Shown here in pieces: positions 18,601-26,941 of a stretch of DNA of 64,000 bases. Location of the stretch: positions 42,309 through 106,308 of the IMG/VR virus record IMGVR_UViG_3300032290_001460. One strand, written 5' to 3'. The notes below the pieces were generated by a model. That model worked only from the letters and a program-made list of their open reading frames with translations. It had not been told where the DNA came from and ran no database searches. Each line of letters opens with the position of its first letter. The first letter of the stretch is position 1. Position numbers and translations under genes: made by a program. Origin of the DNA: a virus. Taxonomy: Duplodnaviria; Caudoviricetes.

Positions 18601-21600
18601 GTGACATATGTTTATCCTTCAGGTGGCGGGGAAGAGCCAGACAAGCCGAAAATTGATATTGAAGTTGTAGATACGGATGGTCAACCACCAGTTCCTGAAG
18701 ATTTATGGCCTCGTATTGCGAGTCATATATCAGAAGACCAAGCAACGCAATGGGAACATGCACCTCGCGCCAAAACTAGAGTTGGACGAGATAGGTCTCG
18801 TATTAAAGACTGGACTGATGAGGTTTTTGGTTTAACTTCAGAAGACAAAGAAGTTGGTGGTGCTGGAGACGAGACAGGGGATGCTTTTGGTCAGACAAAA
18901 GCATATTCAGAGATGACGCCAGAACAACTAGATGCTCGTTTTGAAAAAATTAAATCTGAGACAGACAAACTATTGGAACGCTCCAAGACTGAGCCGTTGT
19001 CGGAAAATGAACAAGCAAAACTGTGGCTTGGGTTAAAGAGTCTACGTTACCTTTTGCACGTAAATCGTGAACGTTCCCATATGACGGACGAAAAACGTGC
19101 CAAGGCTGAAGAGCGTGGATACAAGACTAAGCCAGGAAAATACATGTCAAAGGCTGATGGGACATACCCACCAAGCAGAGTGTCTAAGTGGAAGTATCGT
19201 ACTGCCCTTGAACGCCATGCTGCGGCTGGTGGTGTAGAGATTTCTGAACTTGACGAAGATGAGTTAGTTCACTGGCTTCGCGAGATTGGGGCTCATGCTG
19301 GTTCTAATTTTGATGGTCGTCCTGGTTTTGATGCTTCTAGTTCACCTTATGAAAAAGGTAAGTTGCGTGAAAAAGCAAACTTTATAACTTCCGCTGATGC
19401 GGAAGCCGATGTTGATGACGCGACTACTCCTTCTGCCGCTACCGTCGCCCCATCAACTACAGGAACCCCAGACGTTGACGCTCCTGATTCTGCTACGCCT
19501 TCTGCCAGTAGTCCTAGTAAGAAACCTAGAAAGCCAAAAGTTACTGGAAAAACAAGCCCTAAGGAATGGGGTAAAAAAGAACGTGATTTCATTCTTGAAT
19601 GGCAGGCTGGAAGTGTTGGCGAATTCTTGGGAGGTGACGAGCCAATCAATGAACGTGAATCTTTTGGCATCCTCTTGGGTGCGTTTAATGAAGAAGGTAT
19701 GAGTTCGCTAATACGTCGTTCGTACGAGGCAAGAAAGAAATATATAGAAGGTACCGATAAGCGCCCAAGTAAACCTAGCCCAAATGAAACTTCTCCTTAT
19801 ATAGATGAAGAAATTACTGAAGTTATTGCTCCCATGTTAAGACTTTTGGACGAAACACAAATTTCGGAAGACATTGAAATTCATTATGTTATTCCTAGTG
19901 AGTTGGGGGCAGACGTTGGTACTGGGGAAATAATGGAAGTCGGCAGTTTGACTAGAGGAAAAATTATTGATGCAGAATCCTCTGTTGACATGGGTAGCAG
20001 TGAACTATCTGCTTCTACTCGTGTGAAGATAATTGTTCCTGCTGGTTCCCGTGGAATGCCTGACAAGAACTCTCATAACGGTGATATTGATGACATTATT
20101 CTTCCACCCGGAAGTTTTGTTATCGTTGACGTAGACAGTGATGGAACAATCACTGCGATACCTCATTATCAGAAAAGTGCCCCAGAAGTTCTAGAAGCGA
20201 TGCTTGATGACTTGCGTGAACTCCCTGCTCCAGAAAACGAGTTAGAACGTTTAGAACGTGAACGTATCGCTATAGCGATTAATGATGCCAGAGCAGCAAA
20301 ACCAGCAGGCGGAAGAATTAGTAATCGCGATGGTGCGGGCATACCTGGTGCTCCGGACGAGTCGCAAGTTCCTGATGATTTTGCTGAAAGTTCACGTTCA
20401 CAACGCGGTGTTAGTAAAACTGCAATTCAGCAAAATAGAATGAAGTCAAGAAATATTGACGCCTTGAATTCACAAAAAAAATCAGGAAGTCAACCATTCG
20501 CGCAAAACGAGAGTTTTGTCTCTTTGTCAACCATTAGTCCCGAGTATGAAAAAATAGGGATGTATATAAGCCCTGTCGAGGTCCAATCCAGACAAAAGCA
20601 AATTGATTCTGCTGTAGCAAATATTACAGAATATAGTTCTCAACTCAAGAAATTAATCGAAAATCCAGATGCCGACTTTCTTGAACTAAAAGATTCAGTC
20701 CCTCCTGATGTTTTTGAATTTGTTTCAAAAGCAACACCAGAAGAATTGAATAATATTGTATCTAGCACTTTATTTGATTTCCATAAAGGTTTTGATGACC
20801 GGGTGCACGTCCCTATTCAGGTTTCTGGTTTTGATGACGTAATGAAATTTGGTCGAGTTCGTCCAATAACTGAAATCAACCCAGACAGTAATGTTTCTCG
20901 TATGCGTTCTGCACGCGAGTTAAGCATTGGCATATCCCCAATAGCAGAATCGCGAGCGAGAACAGTTGATGGATATTTGCGCCATACTTCACACCAGGAT
21001 GCAATTCAACAACACTTAGACTCTTTGCCTCCTTCTGCAGTGAAAAGAAATATTAACAACTTTTTAGATACAGAAGAATTTTCTCCATTTGGAGATATTC
21101 GCAAAGGCGACGCCTCTATAGATTTAGTACTATTCCCAGAAGTATCTCGTCGCTCTGGATATGTTCGAGGCGACTTTATGCGCTCAGGCAACATCCCGAC
21201 ACCTATCCTCTCCGAATCTATGGATGATGTCAGTGCCGCACATATGTCATTGTCTGATTTGGGGCCATCCGATAGAAATGCCAAGTTGAAACAAATTTTT
21301 GATGTTGTTGATAGCAATCTGACTGGCAAGAATAGTAAATTATTTTCTAGTTCTAGTAGTAGAGGTAAATTACAGAGCGATAAGTTTGATGCAGTTGTTC
21401 CTAATGGCGTCGACTTTGATGAAGTTTCAGAAATCAAAATACCTAATCGTATTCTTGATACAAGTAAATTTACTTTGTCTATTGACGAAATAGGTGGGGT
21501 TGACATGTTGAAGGAGAACGGTTTTTCTCCAAAAGATAGAGAACTCTTATTAGCGAAGATTAATTCTGGTGAGATTAAATTAAATAATGCAAAATGGCTT

Positions 21601-24600
21601 GTAGAACACCGTGCGGCAAAAGAATGGCAGGACGGTTTCCGTCAACGATTCGGAAGTACTACGGCATTAACGTTCACAAACCCTGATGGTGTTGATGTAT
21701 TGGACAGGGAATCATTTAGTAATTATCCCGGAATCCAAAACAGTGAAAATATTGAACAAGTTTTACAAAAGCGTATTGCTGCAGAAATAGCAATGAATGC
21801 TCAAAAGTTATTGAAGGATGCTCGCACCAATAAAGAAGTACCTAAAAAAATAAATCGTTACGTAAGTCCTAATTCCGGAATGCCTGACTCAAGTCGCTCA
21901 ATGCGTCCCATAGGTTCTGACCTTCCGTTTGATTTACGTACTGGTGAGCCTCGCCGTATGTTTGATGAAACTGACGCACAGTGGAATGCTCGTCAAGTTC
22001 CAAAAATTGATTTTGATAAGTTTAAGTTCCCTGAATTAGAAGAAGATAAACCGAAGAAAAATCCATTGGATGGATATCTCAAAGATTATAATATTCCTTT
22101 GGATGCAATGGAAGGCGAAACTTGGAAAGAGTATGCTAAGAGAACTGGAACTAAAATTCCAAAAGGTGAAGACCCTAACTACGTTTTAGTCGAACCTCCC
22201 TTAAGAGGTGCTTCACTCGGTGATGTTTCAGGCAGTAGGTCACAACGTTCGACACCCCCAACTAGGACGGTATTGAAGGAGCGTACCAGGAAGGGCGCTG
22301 GAATAGCAGGGCGACTACTCACCTCTAAGAGAGCAAAGAAGTTACTTGAACGTATGGGCGTATCTGAAGAAGATGCAGAGGCAACGCAGTTTATTGGCGA
22401 ATTGGCTTCAGGTTTTGCTGTAGGTGGACCTGGTGGATTGGCAGCACTATTTGGACGTAGAGTTGGGCGAGATGTTGCCGATGTTGGTCTACGTGAAGCA
22501 GTTAAGCGAGGATGGTTGTCGCCAGACCAGGCTCAACGTATAGAGAAGCAATTATTGGATAGGGTAGCACCCGAAGGCTTGCCAGATAGATTGTCTGATG
22601 CAATTGAAAAAGGTGCGCAAGTAGCCACAAGCGATGCTGCTCGTGAAAAAGCACGAGATATCGCTGATGCGGCCAAAGAATTTGTTAGTGAAAATGAACG
22701 ACTCCAGAAAGTCAAGGACCGCCTAGGTGAATTGGGTGGTTCTTTGCGTGAAAGAATTGGCATTGGAAATTCTAGTAGCAGGTCCCAACGTTCAAGTCGA
22801 ACAGTACCACCAGAGAGTCCTAGGGTCCAAGTTGGAACAAGACCCGGAGCCGCACCAAAGAGTTCAAGAGTACTGAACGTCGTGGAACAACGTTCCAGAT
22901 ATTTGGAAGCAGAAAACAATAGACTTGCTAAAGAAAAACGTGATGCCTTAAAAAATCGTCCAGAAGGTGTTTCTAATGAAGACTGGAAGAAATATAAAGA
23001 ATATGTAAACTCACTTGAAAATTCTTTTGGTTTTGGTGGAAACGACAATTTTGCATTTGTTGAATCATATGACGCATGGGCGGAACGACGTGACATGCTT
23101 GAGACTGATGAAGAATGGAATGCTCGCTCGCAGAGAAATCAAGCAAGAAAAGCATCTATATCCGCCCCAGATGCGGCAGACACCACAGATACTCCAGATG
23201 CAGTAGATACTCCAGATGCAGATACGCCAAAAAAACCAAGAAAACCAAGAACGCCAAGAACTCCGATACAGCCAGCCTCCGGTAGTCGCGATGTGACTGT
23301 TAGTGGCGACAATGAAGGAATTATCAATTTGGGTGACGACGTGACAGTCAATAGTTCCCCGCGTATAAAGTTTGGGAAACGAGAGAAAATTGGCGATAAT
23401 CAAAAACCACAACCTGACTCGCCTCCCTCGACTCCCGACTCACCTCCCTCGACTCCTAAAGATGGCTACGTATCAATATATAACATAAAAACCGACGACT
23501 TCATAAGTGAAGCAGTGGATGTTGTTGAATACAATGCTGAGACTCGTGAACTACGTGTTATTTTCGCTGGTCAAGAAGATTATTACCATTTTATTGATGT
23601 GGATGAAAAAGAATTAAATGATTTTAATGGCGAATTTGAATCCATTGGTAGCAAAATTGACAGAATCAAGCGGAGCAATAATCGTTCCGTAAGGACGCCG
23701 GATGGTTCGGTAATTAGTTGGAACGGCAAAGAATGGTCATACAAAGAGCGTTCTTCGTCTTCGGGGGCTCCTAATAAGCCCAAGGTTCCATTCGAAGCAG
23801 ATATAGGCGATGAGTCGGGGACACTTAGAGATTTTTCGAGAAAACCCTCCACAGGTGCTGGGCCTTTTGCCGATAGTGGTTCTGGGCCAGAAATTTTTTC
23901 TGGACCAATAACCAAGAGGGTAAAAGGTAAAGAAGTATCAAATGCACGGCAGGAAATGTACAAAGCACGCAATGCTGTTTTCTCCCCATATGGGCAACCC
24001 GATGAGGGTACCCCAGAATATGCAAATTATTTTATAAAACATTTTAATACTTTGAATAGCAATCTTGAAGTTTTATATGAACATATTTTGGATATTGAAG
24101 ATACTCGTGACGAAAATGGCAAGTTGACTCCGAGCCAACAAAGCAAGTTGAAGACAATTAAAAAAGATGTTGCATATTACGAAAGTGCACGTGGACTTGC
24201 TCTCAGGAAATTGAAAGATAAAATTTCTTCTGAAGATTATGATGGTCTAGAAAAGAGCGTTACTACTAGGGCAACAAACTCTGCTGCAGATAAAGAATTT
24301 GGTAATCCAGTATCCAAAACAAAATTAGTTAAATATGGTGACTTGAAGCCACTTCTCGCATCTTTGGATGATGAACTTCTCCCCACTACACCTCCAGATG
24401 ATTTTGACCCAAATTCTACTAACCCTGGCCAGAGAGACGCGAGTTGGCAAAGAATAAGGCTTGAACATGCCAGAAAGCATGAATTAGTGAAAGTTGATGG
24501 AAAACTTGACGCTAGACATTTAAGTAATGGAGAGTTAGGTTCGGGGTACGAGTCCCTGCATGCTCAGCAAGCAATCGTTGACATGAAGGACGGGGAGTCA

Positions 24601-25755
24601 ATCCTTGTACAGAACTTGCCCGTAGGTGACGAGAACCATAGTCCTTATGGAATTGTAACTAAACACAATGGTCGGGCCATTTATTCAGATTTGTCAGAAG
24701 AAGATTTCAAAACACTTGATTCTAAGACTATTTCCACTGACAATCTACCCGATAGTGTAACTACTTACATCAAGGCAATAGATACTCTGAAACAACAAGT
24801 TTCTGGAACGCGTCTTAAAAATATTGACTTTACAGCAGTATACATATTGGACAGAGACGCAACTAAGGACATAAATGGTAAAACATATAATATTGGCGGC
24901 TTCGTAATCGGTTTTAGCCCAGCAGCACCAGAATCGGAAGGCACCTTAACTCTCAATGGTTTAGACATGCCTAGCCATAGGTCGTTGGTGCGCCATGAAT
25001 GGGGGCATCGAGTCAGTCAAATGCTTCAGGAAGATGCTGCAGTTAGTATAGGCAGTGATGATGTCATGGAATCACGAAAAGAAAATATACGAACTTTTTC
25101 TAAAACTCCGACATATTCCGTTCACGACTTAAAGATTTCCGATACTAATGACTGGAAAGATGCTATTGAGTCAGATAAGCAAACTTCATCTCAGTTTGAA
25201 TTAGCGAAACATGGGCATACTAAAGAAATTCAGGGTGGATTGGATGGTGTAACAGAGTATGGCACGACCAATCGTGAAGAAGATTTGGCTGAAGCAATAG
25301 CAATATATATGGAAGCAAGAGCACGACCTACTGGTGATTGGAGAATTGGAACGACTGCTGATGGGCGACATATTTCATATGGGGAGATGTTCCCTGCAAG
25401 ATTTAAGTTACTTAATGAAATATTTGATGGCAAGCCAGAAGATACTGCGGAAGTAAATGCTCCAGATTTATCTGGCCGTCCAATCATTACTCTAGATAGT
25501 CCACCTCAGTCGACGGGACGCCCCACTATCCCAGTTTCTCCTACGGCGGGTCGCCCCAATATCCCGAGTCCTAGTACTAGGCCAATTATTAAGTTGACTA
25601 ATGCTTCTTCGTTGAATAGTACTTCTTCTGTGCGAGATATTTTAAAGGCCTTAGATAACAATATGTCTGCCGAGGATATCGCCGAGGCTACTGGAATGTC
25701 GCTTAATTTCATTTTGGATATAATTGAAAAAAGAAATAACAGACTAGGAGTATAG
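15667..25755 (+). CDS. Giant 3362-aa multi-domain head-associated protein (two HExxH zincin domains, Pro-rich linker, degenerate ADP-ribosyltransferase-like domain, KTSC-like domain, C-terminal HTH)
   Basis: HEIGH at 17845. HEWGH at 24994 followed by VTEYGTTNREEDLAE. RVKIIVPAGSRG...DIDDIILPPG at ~20020-20110. SEAVDVVEYNAETRELRVIF at ~23506. The true start may be the ATG at 15679. Confidence 0.8.
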   Translation: MEPGMTGRSIPRRYSKINQNTKTTSRIEKSAVHFRSLQEFSATKPFMDPTISVKVLGDGLKSSGSGDGKERTSGPDGDEYDGPVIKLDWNPRAKRKPGQILKLHASYRELTSKEGAKWGWVDPPKEVSAEDSARFLQQAIEWKKKQPKAVLKLYKNTSHGTHELEPVKEINIKTLAESFNFENSQDFYSGNFHNALSEIPLEFKQLGQTIGQILPGQRIDLARAVSRGLIVDANGKFRCPSGTPNANQFTDLDMSNCSTFSPKKIAGRLDRAISRFEAWKEEGLRLADERDMIDSINPRFQRAKKNYTTLDRNREIEERSQDIIKTILNMPELRQFLLDNGFDPSDDTTVNNADLFAYIMLYDKTFESQPDALDRQLSRIEGLFGDALVWEPVLDSQGNPVMDSQGNPVMKARPFKYDRNKNFKENMADYREAVGNTILSIIGDQRLTSGKSLSDALKNYKNPTHPLHSQYLEAKVILDNFMLTHEMVQRGTLMTYAQHSVENPEQFGIITKFEAFMPEHVTPGAPVDDETIAAFWAIEGEMASGAGMGYQTAKIMRSNTFQMMFSPFIDMRALAQITEPTPENPYGLTAKLDFQSQGNVELSLQEKMQLWSQMLNQIQDADTFARMLRQQARTDEEKMFVQLQEQVKQRQEQLGRIFVGAELQNELRNIAKRMGISEDAASRMWYQFSKASNMFANDLSASRITELNGGMSFNLALQAKARHVAWHEIGHSLQYYSAGKRIQEFVDAEGGFPLFRDGKLIRELGPDTTQWTNDDWRMAVNSLVLDAPQLITQWPPDGVGKFEEKMLHLLSGAYYQNEIKDFWKNPSSVSPKLAVALTEAHVELYALKKMGVIEGDDIDTTLEYFENIIPSRGYRSPPAPISPNPPPQPPAPPGPPAPPGPPGPPGPPGPPGPPTPPTPPTPPTPPGGGRTVTIGGDNTGIVNLGDNVTIETGDTFVVGDIIIDGKKIDPDNITININVTYVYPSGGGEEPDKPKIDIEVVDTDGQPPVPEDLWPRIASHISEDQATQWEHAPRAKTRVGRDRSRIKDWTDEVFGLTSEDKEVGGAGDETGDAFGQTKAYSEMTPEQLDARFEKIKSETDKLLERSKTEPLSENEQAKLWLGLKSLRYLLHVNRERSHMTDEKRAKAEERGYKTKPGKYMSKADGTYPPSRVSKWKYRTALERHAAAGGVEISELDEDELVHWLREIGAHAGSNFDGRPGFDASSSPYEKGKLREKANFITSADAEADVDDATTPSAATVAPSTTGTPDVDAPDSATPSASSPSKKPRKPKVTGKTSPKEWGKKERDFILEWQAGSVGEFLGGDEPINERESFGILLGAFNEEGMSSLIRRSYEARKKYIEGTDKRPSKPSPNETSPYIDEEITEVIAPMLRLLDETQISEDIEIHYVIPSELGADVGTGEIMEVGSLTRGKIIDAESSVDMGSSELSASTRVKIIVPAGSRGMPDKNSHNGDIDDIILPPGSFVIVDVDSDGTITAIPHYQKSAPEVLEAMLDDLRELPAPENELERLERERIAIAINDARAAKPAGGRISNRDGAGIPGAPDESQVPDDFAESSRSQRGVSKTAIQQNRMKSRNIDALNSQKKSGSQPFAQNESFVSLSTISPEYEKIGMYISPVEVQSRQKQIDSAVANITEYSSQLKKLIENPDADFLELKDSVPPDVFEFVSKATPEELNNIVSSTLFDFHKGFDDRVHVPIQVSGFDDVMKFGRVRPITEINPDSNVSRMRSARELSIGISPIAESRARTVDGYLRHTSHQDAIQQHLDSLPPSAVKRNINNFLDTEEFSPFGDIRKGDASIDLVLFPEVSRRSGYVRGDFMRSGNIPTPILSESMDDVSAAHMSLSDLGPSDRNAKLKQIFDVVDSNLTGKNSKLFSSSSSRGKLQSDKFDAVVPNGVDFDEVSEIKIPNRILDTSKFTLSIDEIGGVDMLKENGFSPKDRELLLAKINSGEIKLNNAKWLVEHRAAKEWQDGFRQRFGSTTALTFTNPDGVDVLDRESFSNYPGIQNSENIEQVLQKRIAAEIAMNAQKLLKDARTNKEVPKKINRYVSPNSGMPDSSRSMRPIGSDLPFDLRTGEPRRMFDETDAQWNARQVPKIDFDKFKFPELEEDKPKKNPLDGYLKDYNIPLDAMEGETWKEYAKRTGTKIPKGEDPNYVLVEPPLRGASLGDVSGSRSQRSTPPTRTVLKERTRKGAGIAGRLLTSKRAKKLLERMGVSEEDAEATQFIGELASGFAVGGPGGLAALFGRRVGRDVADVGLREAVKRGWLSPDQAQRIEKQLLDRVAPEGLPDRLSDAIEKGAQVATSDAAREKARDIADAAKEFVSENERLQKVKDRLGELGGSLRERIGIGNSSSRSQRSSRTVPPESPRVQVGTRPGAAPKSSRVLNVVEQRSRYLEAENNRLAKEKRDALKNRPEGVSNEDWKKYKEYVNSLENSFGFGGNDNFAFVESYDAWAERRDMLETDEEWNARSQRNQARKASISAPDAADTTDTPDAVDTPDADTPKKPRKPRTPRTPIQPASGSRDVTVSGDNEGIINLGDDVTVNSSPRIKFGKREKIGDNQKPQPDSPPSTPDSPPSTPKDGYVSIYNIKTDDFISEAVDVVEYNAETRELRVIFAGQEDYYHFIDVDEKELNDFNGEFESIGSKIDRIKRSNNRSVRTPDGSVISWNGKEWSYKERSSSSGAPNKPKVPFEADIGDESGTLRDFSRKPSTGAGPFADSGSGPEIFSGPITKRVKGKEVSNARQEMYKARNAVFSPYGQPDEGTPEYANYFIKHFNTLNSNLEVLYEHILDIEDTRDENGKLTPSQQSKLKTIKKDVAYYESARGLALRKLKDKISSEDYDGLEKSVTTRATNSAADKEFGNPVSKTKLVKYGDLKPLLASLDDELLPTTPPDDFDPNSTNPGQRDASWQRIRLEHARKHELVKVDGKLDARHLSNGELGSGYESLHAQQAIVDMKDGESILVQNLPVGDENHSPYGIVTKHNGRAIYSDLSEEDFKTLDSKTISTDNLPDSVTTYIKAIDTLKQQVSGTRLKNIDFTAVYILDRDATKDINGKTYNIGGFVIGFSPAAPESEGTLTLNGLDMPSHRSLVRHEWGHRVSQMLQEDAAVSIGSDDVMESRKENIRTFSKTPTYSVHDLKISDTNDWKDAIESDKQTSSQFELAKHGHTKEIQGGLDGVTEYGTTNREEDLAEAIAIYMEARARPTGDWRIGTTADGRHISYGEMFPARFKLLNEIFDGKPEDTAEVNAPDLSGRPIITLDSPPQSTGRPTIPVSPTAGRPNIPSPSTRPIIKLTNASSLNSTSSVRDILKALDNNMSAEDIAEATGMSLNFILDIIEKRNNRLGV
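16849..16896 (+). repeat. Exact 24-bp tandem duplication (DSQGNPVM x2)
   Basis: gatagccaaggtaaccccgttatg at 16849-16872 and 16873-16896. Confidence 0.95.
18331..18444 (+). repeat. 9-bp-period coding repeat giving a (PPA/PPG)n(PPT)n linker
   Basis: cctccaggt/cctccaggc and ccaccaaca units. Confidence 0.9.
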
Positions 25756-25758
25756 AGG

Positions 25759-26283
25759 ATGAAACCCAGGGCTATTTTGGTTGGTGAAGATGAGGGGCGT
25801 AAATTATATTATTTCCTTGACCCTATTGGTTCGGGTAAAAGCGATGGCGCAATTATAAATGATGATAATAAACCAGAAATGATAGATTTCTTCACCTACA
25901 TCGCCACCCACCCGTACATTAAAGAATATAAATTCACCGACTTTCACAAATTCCTCTGGGAAAACCCAAGTCAAGAAGACGAAAAAAAATGGGTAAGAAC
26001 ATTCATAAATAAAACCCAAAGTGTAGATGGTGACCTGTTAAATGGTGTCAAAATAGAAACAGACCTTGACCCAGGAATTCGCTCAAAACACTACTTTGAA
26101 AATCGAGGAATCGACTTCAAAGCATTGCGTGCCTCCAATGCGCTGGAGAATATGGATGGTTCGGTACTTGCTAGACAAATACCGTACAATCTGCGGACGG
26201 TAGGTTCAAAAATATTTAAAGAAAAAACTTTAGAATCAAAGAAAAACAGAAAGTTCAAGTTGGATGGAACACAAAATGGATGA
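25759..26283 (+). CDS. Hypothetical protein (174 aa)
   Basis: ORF tightly coupled to its neighbours, with GGAG upstream. No motif recognised. Confidence 0.7.
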   Translation: MKPRAILVGEDEGRKLYYFLDPIGSGKSDGAIINDDNKPEMIDFFTYIATHPYIKEYKFTDFHKFLWENPSQEDEKKWVRTFINKTQSVDGDLLNGVKIETDLDPGIRSKHYFENRGIDFKALRASNALENMDGSVLARQIPYNLRTVGSKIFKEKTLESKKNRKFKLDGTQNG

Positions 26284-26941
26284 GTTTGAAATGGACGAAT
26301 TTGAAGTGAAGGCTCCACAAGACGCCATCTTGGATTTACCACAAGAAAAATTTACAGGCGATGTACTCAAGGGCCGTGGACCCCGGCGAGGCAATCTGGA
26401 ACGTCTCCTTCGCTACTGGCGTCCCATTATGCGCAAACCAGGCGGCTTTAGGCGATGCAAAGTCATCCTGGCAGACCATCCAGAACTGTATCCATTAAAT
26501 AATATTTGCGCATGGCTACACCATGAAACTACAGGCTTATGGCCCAATGAGGGGTGTCATCACCCTGGAATGAAGAATTGTAAACGTAAACTGAAGAAAG
26601 TTTTCAATGGTTCTAAGTGGAATGACAAGGAATGGGATTCCATGATGAATCGTCGGTTCAAGCCACAAGGTAAGTCGTTGCCATTTGATGATGAGATGTT
26701 CTTTTCTGATTCTTGGCATACAAAGACGGCCATTATTGTTATCCCTGGCGAAAATCATGTCGTGACACTCGATGACATGGCTCATGCAATGAGAGTTCTG
26801 AAAGATTTTTGTGAGATGGAATCAGATTTTGTTGAATTTTTGCGAAACAACGACAACTGGGACATGTTAGGAGAAGACGGTATGGGGAACATGATGAAGT
26901 CACTCGTACCGCTGGACGAGGATTGCGGTTGCGATAAATGA
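26264..26941 (+). CDS. Hypothetical head-associated protein with a Cys/His/Trp domain
   Basis: GNLERLLRYW...PGGFRRC...ICAWLHHETTGLWPNEG resembles small domains of phage head-module proteins. The start may be the ATG at 26276. Confidence 0.65.
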   Translation: MEHKMDEFEMDEFEVKAPQDAILDLPQEKFTGDVLKGRGPRRGNLERLLRYWRPIMRKPGGFRRCKVILADHPELYPLNNICAWLHHETTGLWPNEGCHHPGMKNCKRKLKKVFNGSKWNDKEWDSMMNRRFKPQGKSLPFDDEMFFSDSWHTKTAIIVIPGENHVVTLDDMAHAMRVLKDFCEMESDFVEFLRNNDNWDMLGEDGMGNMMKSLVPLDEDCGCDK

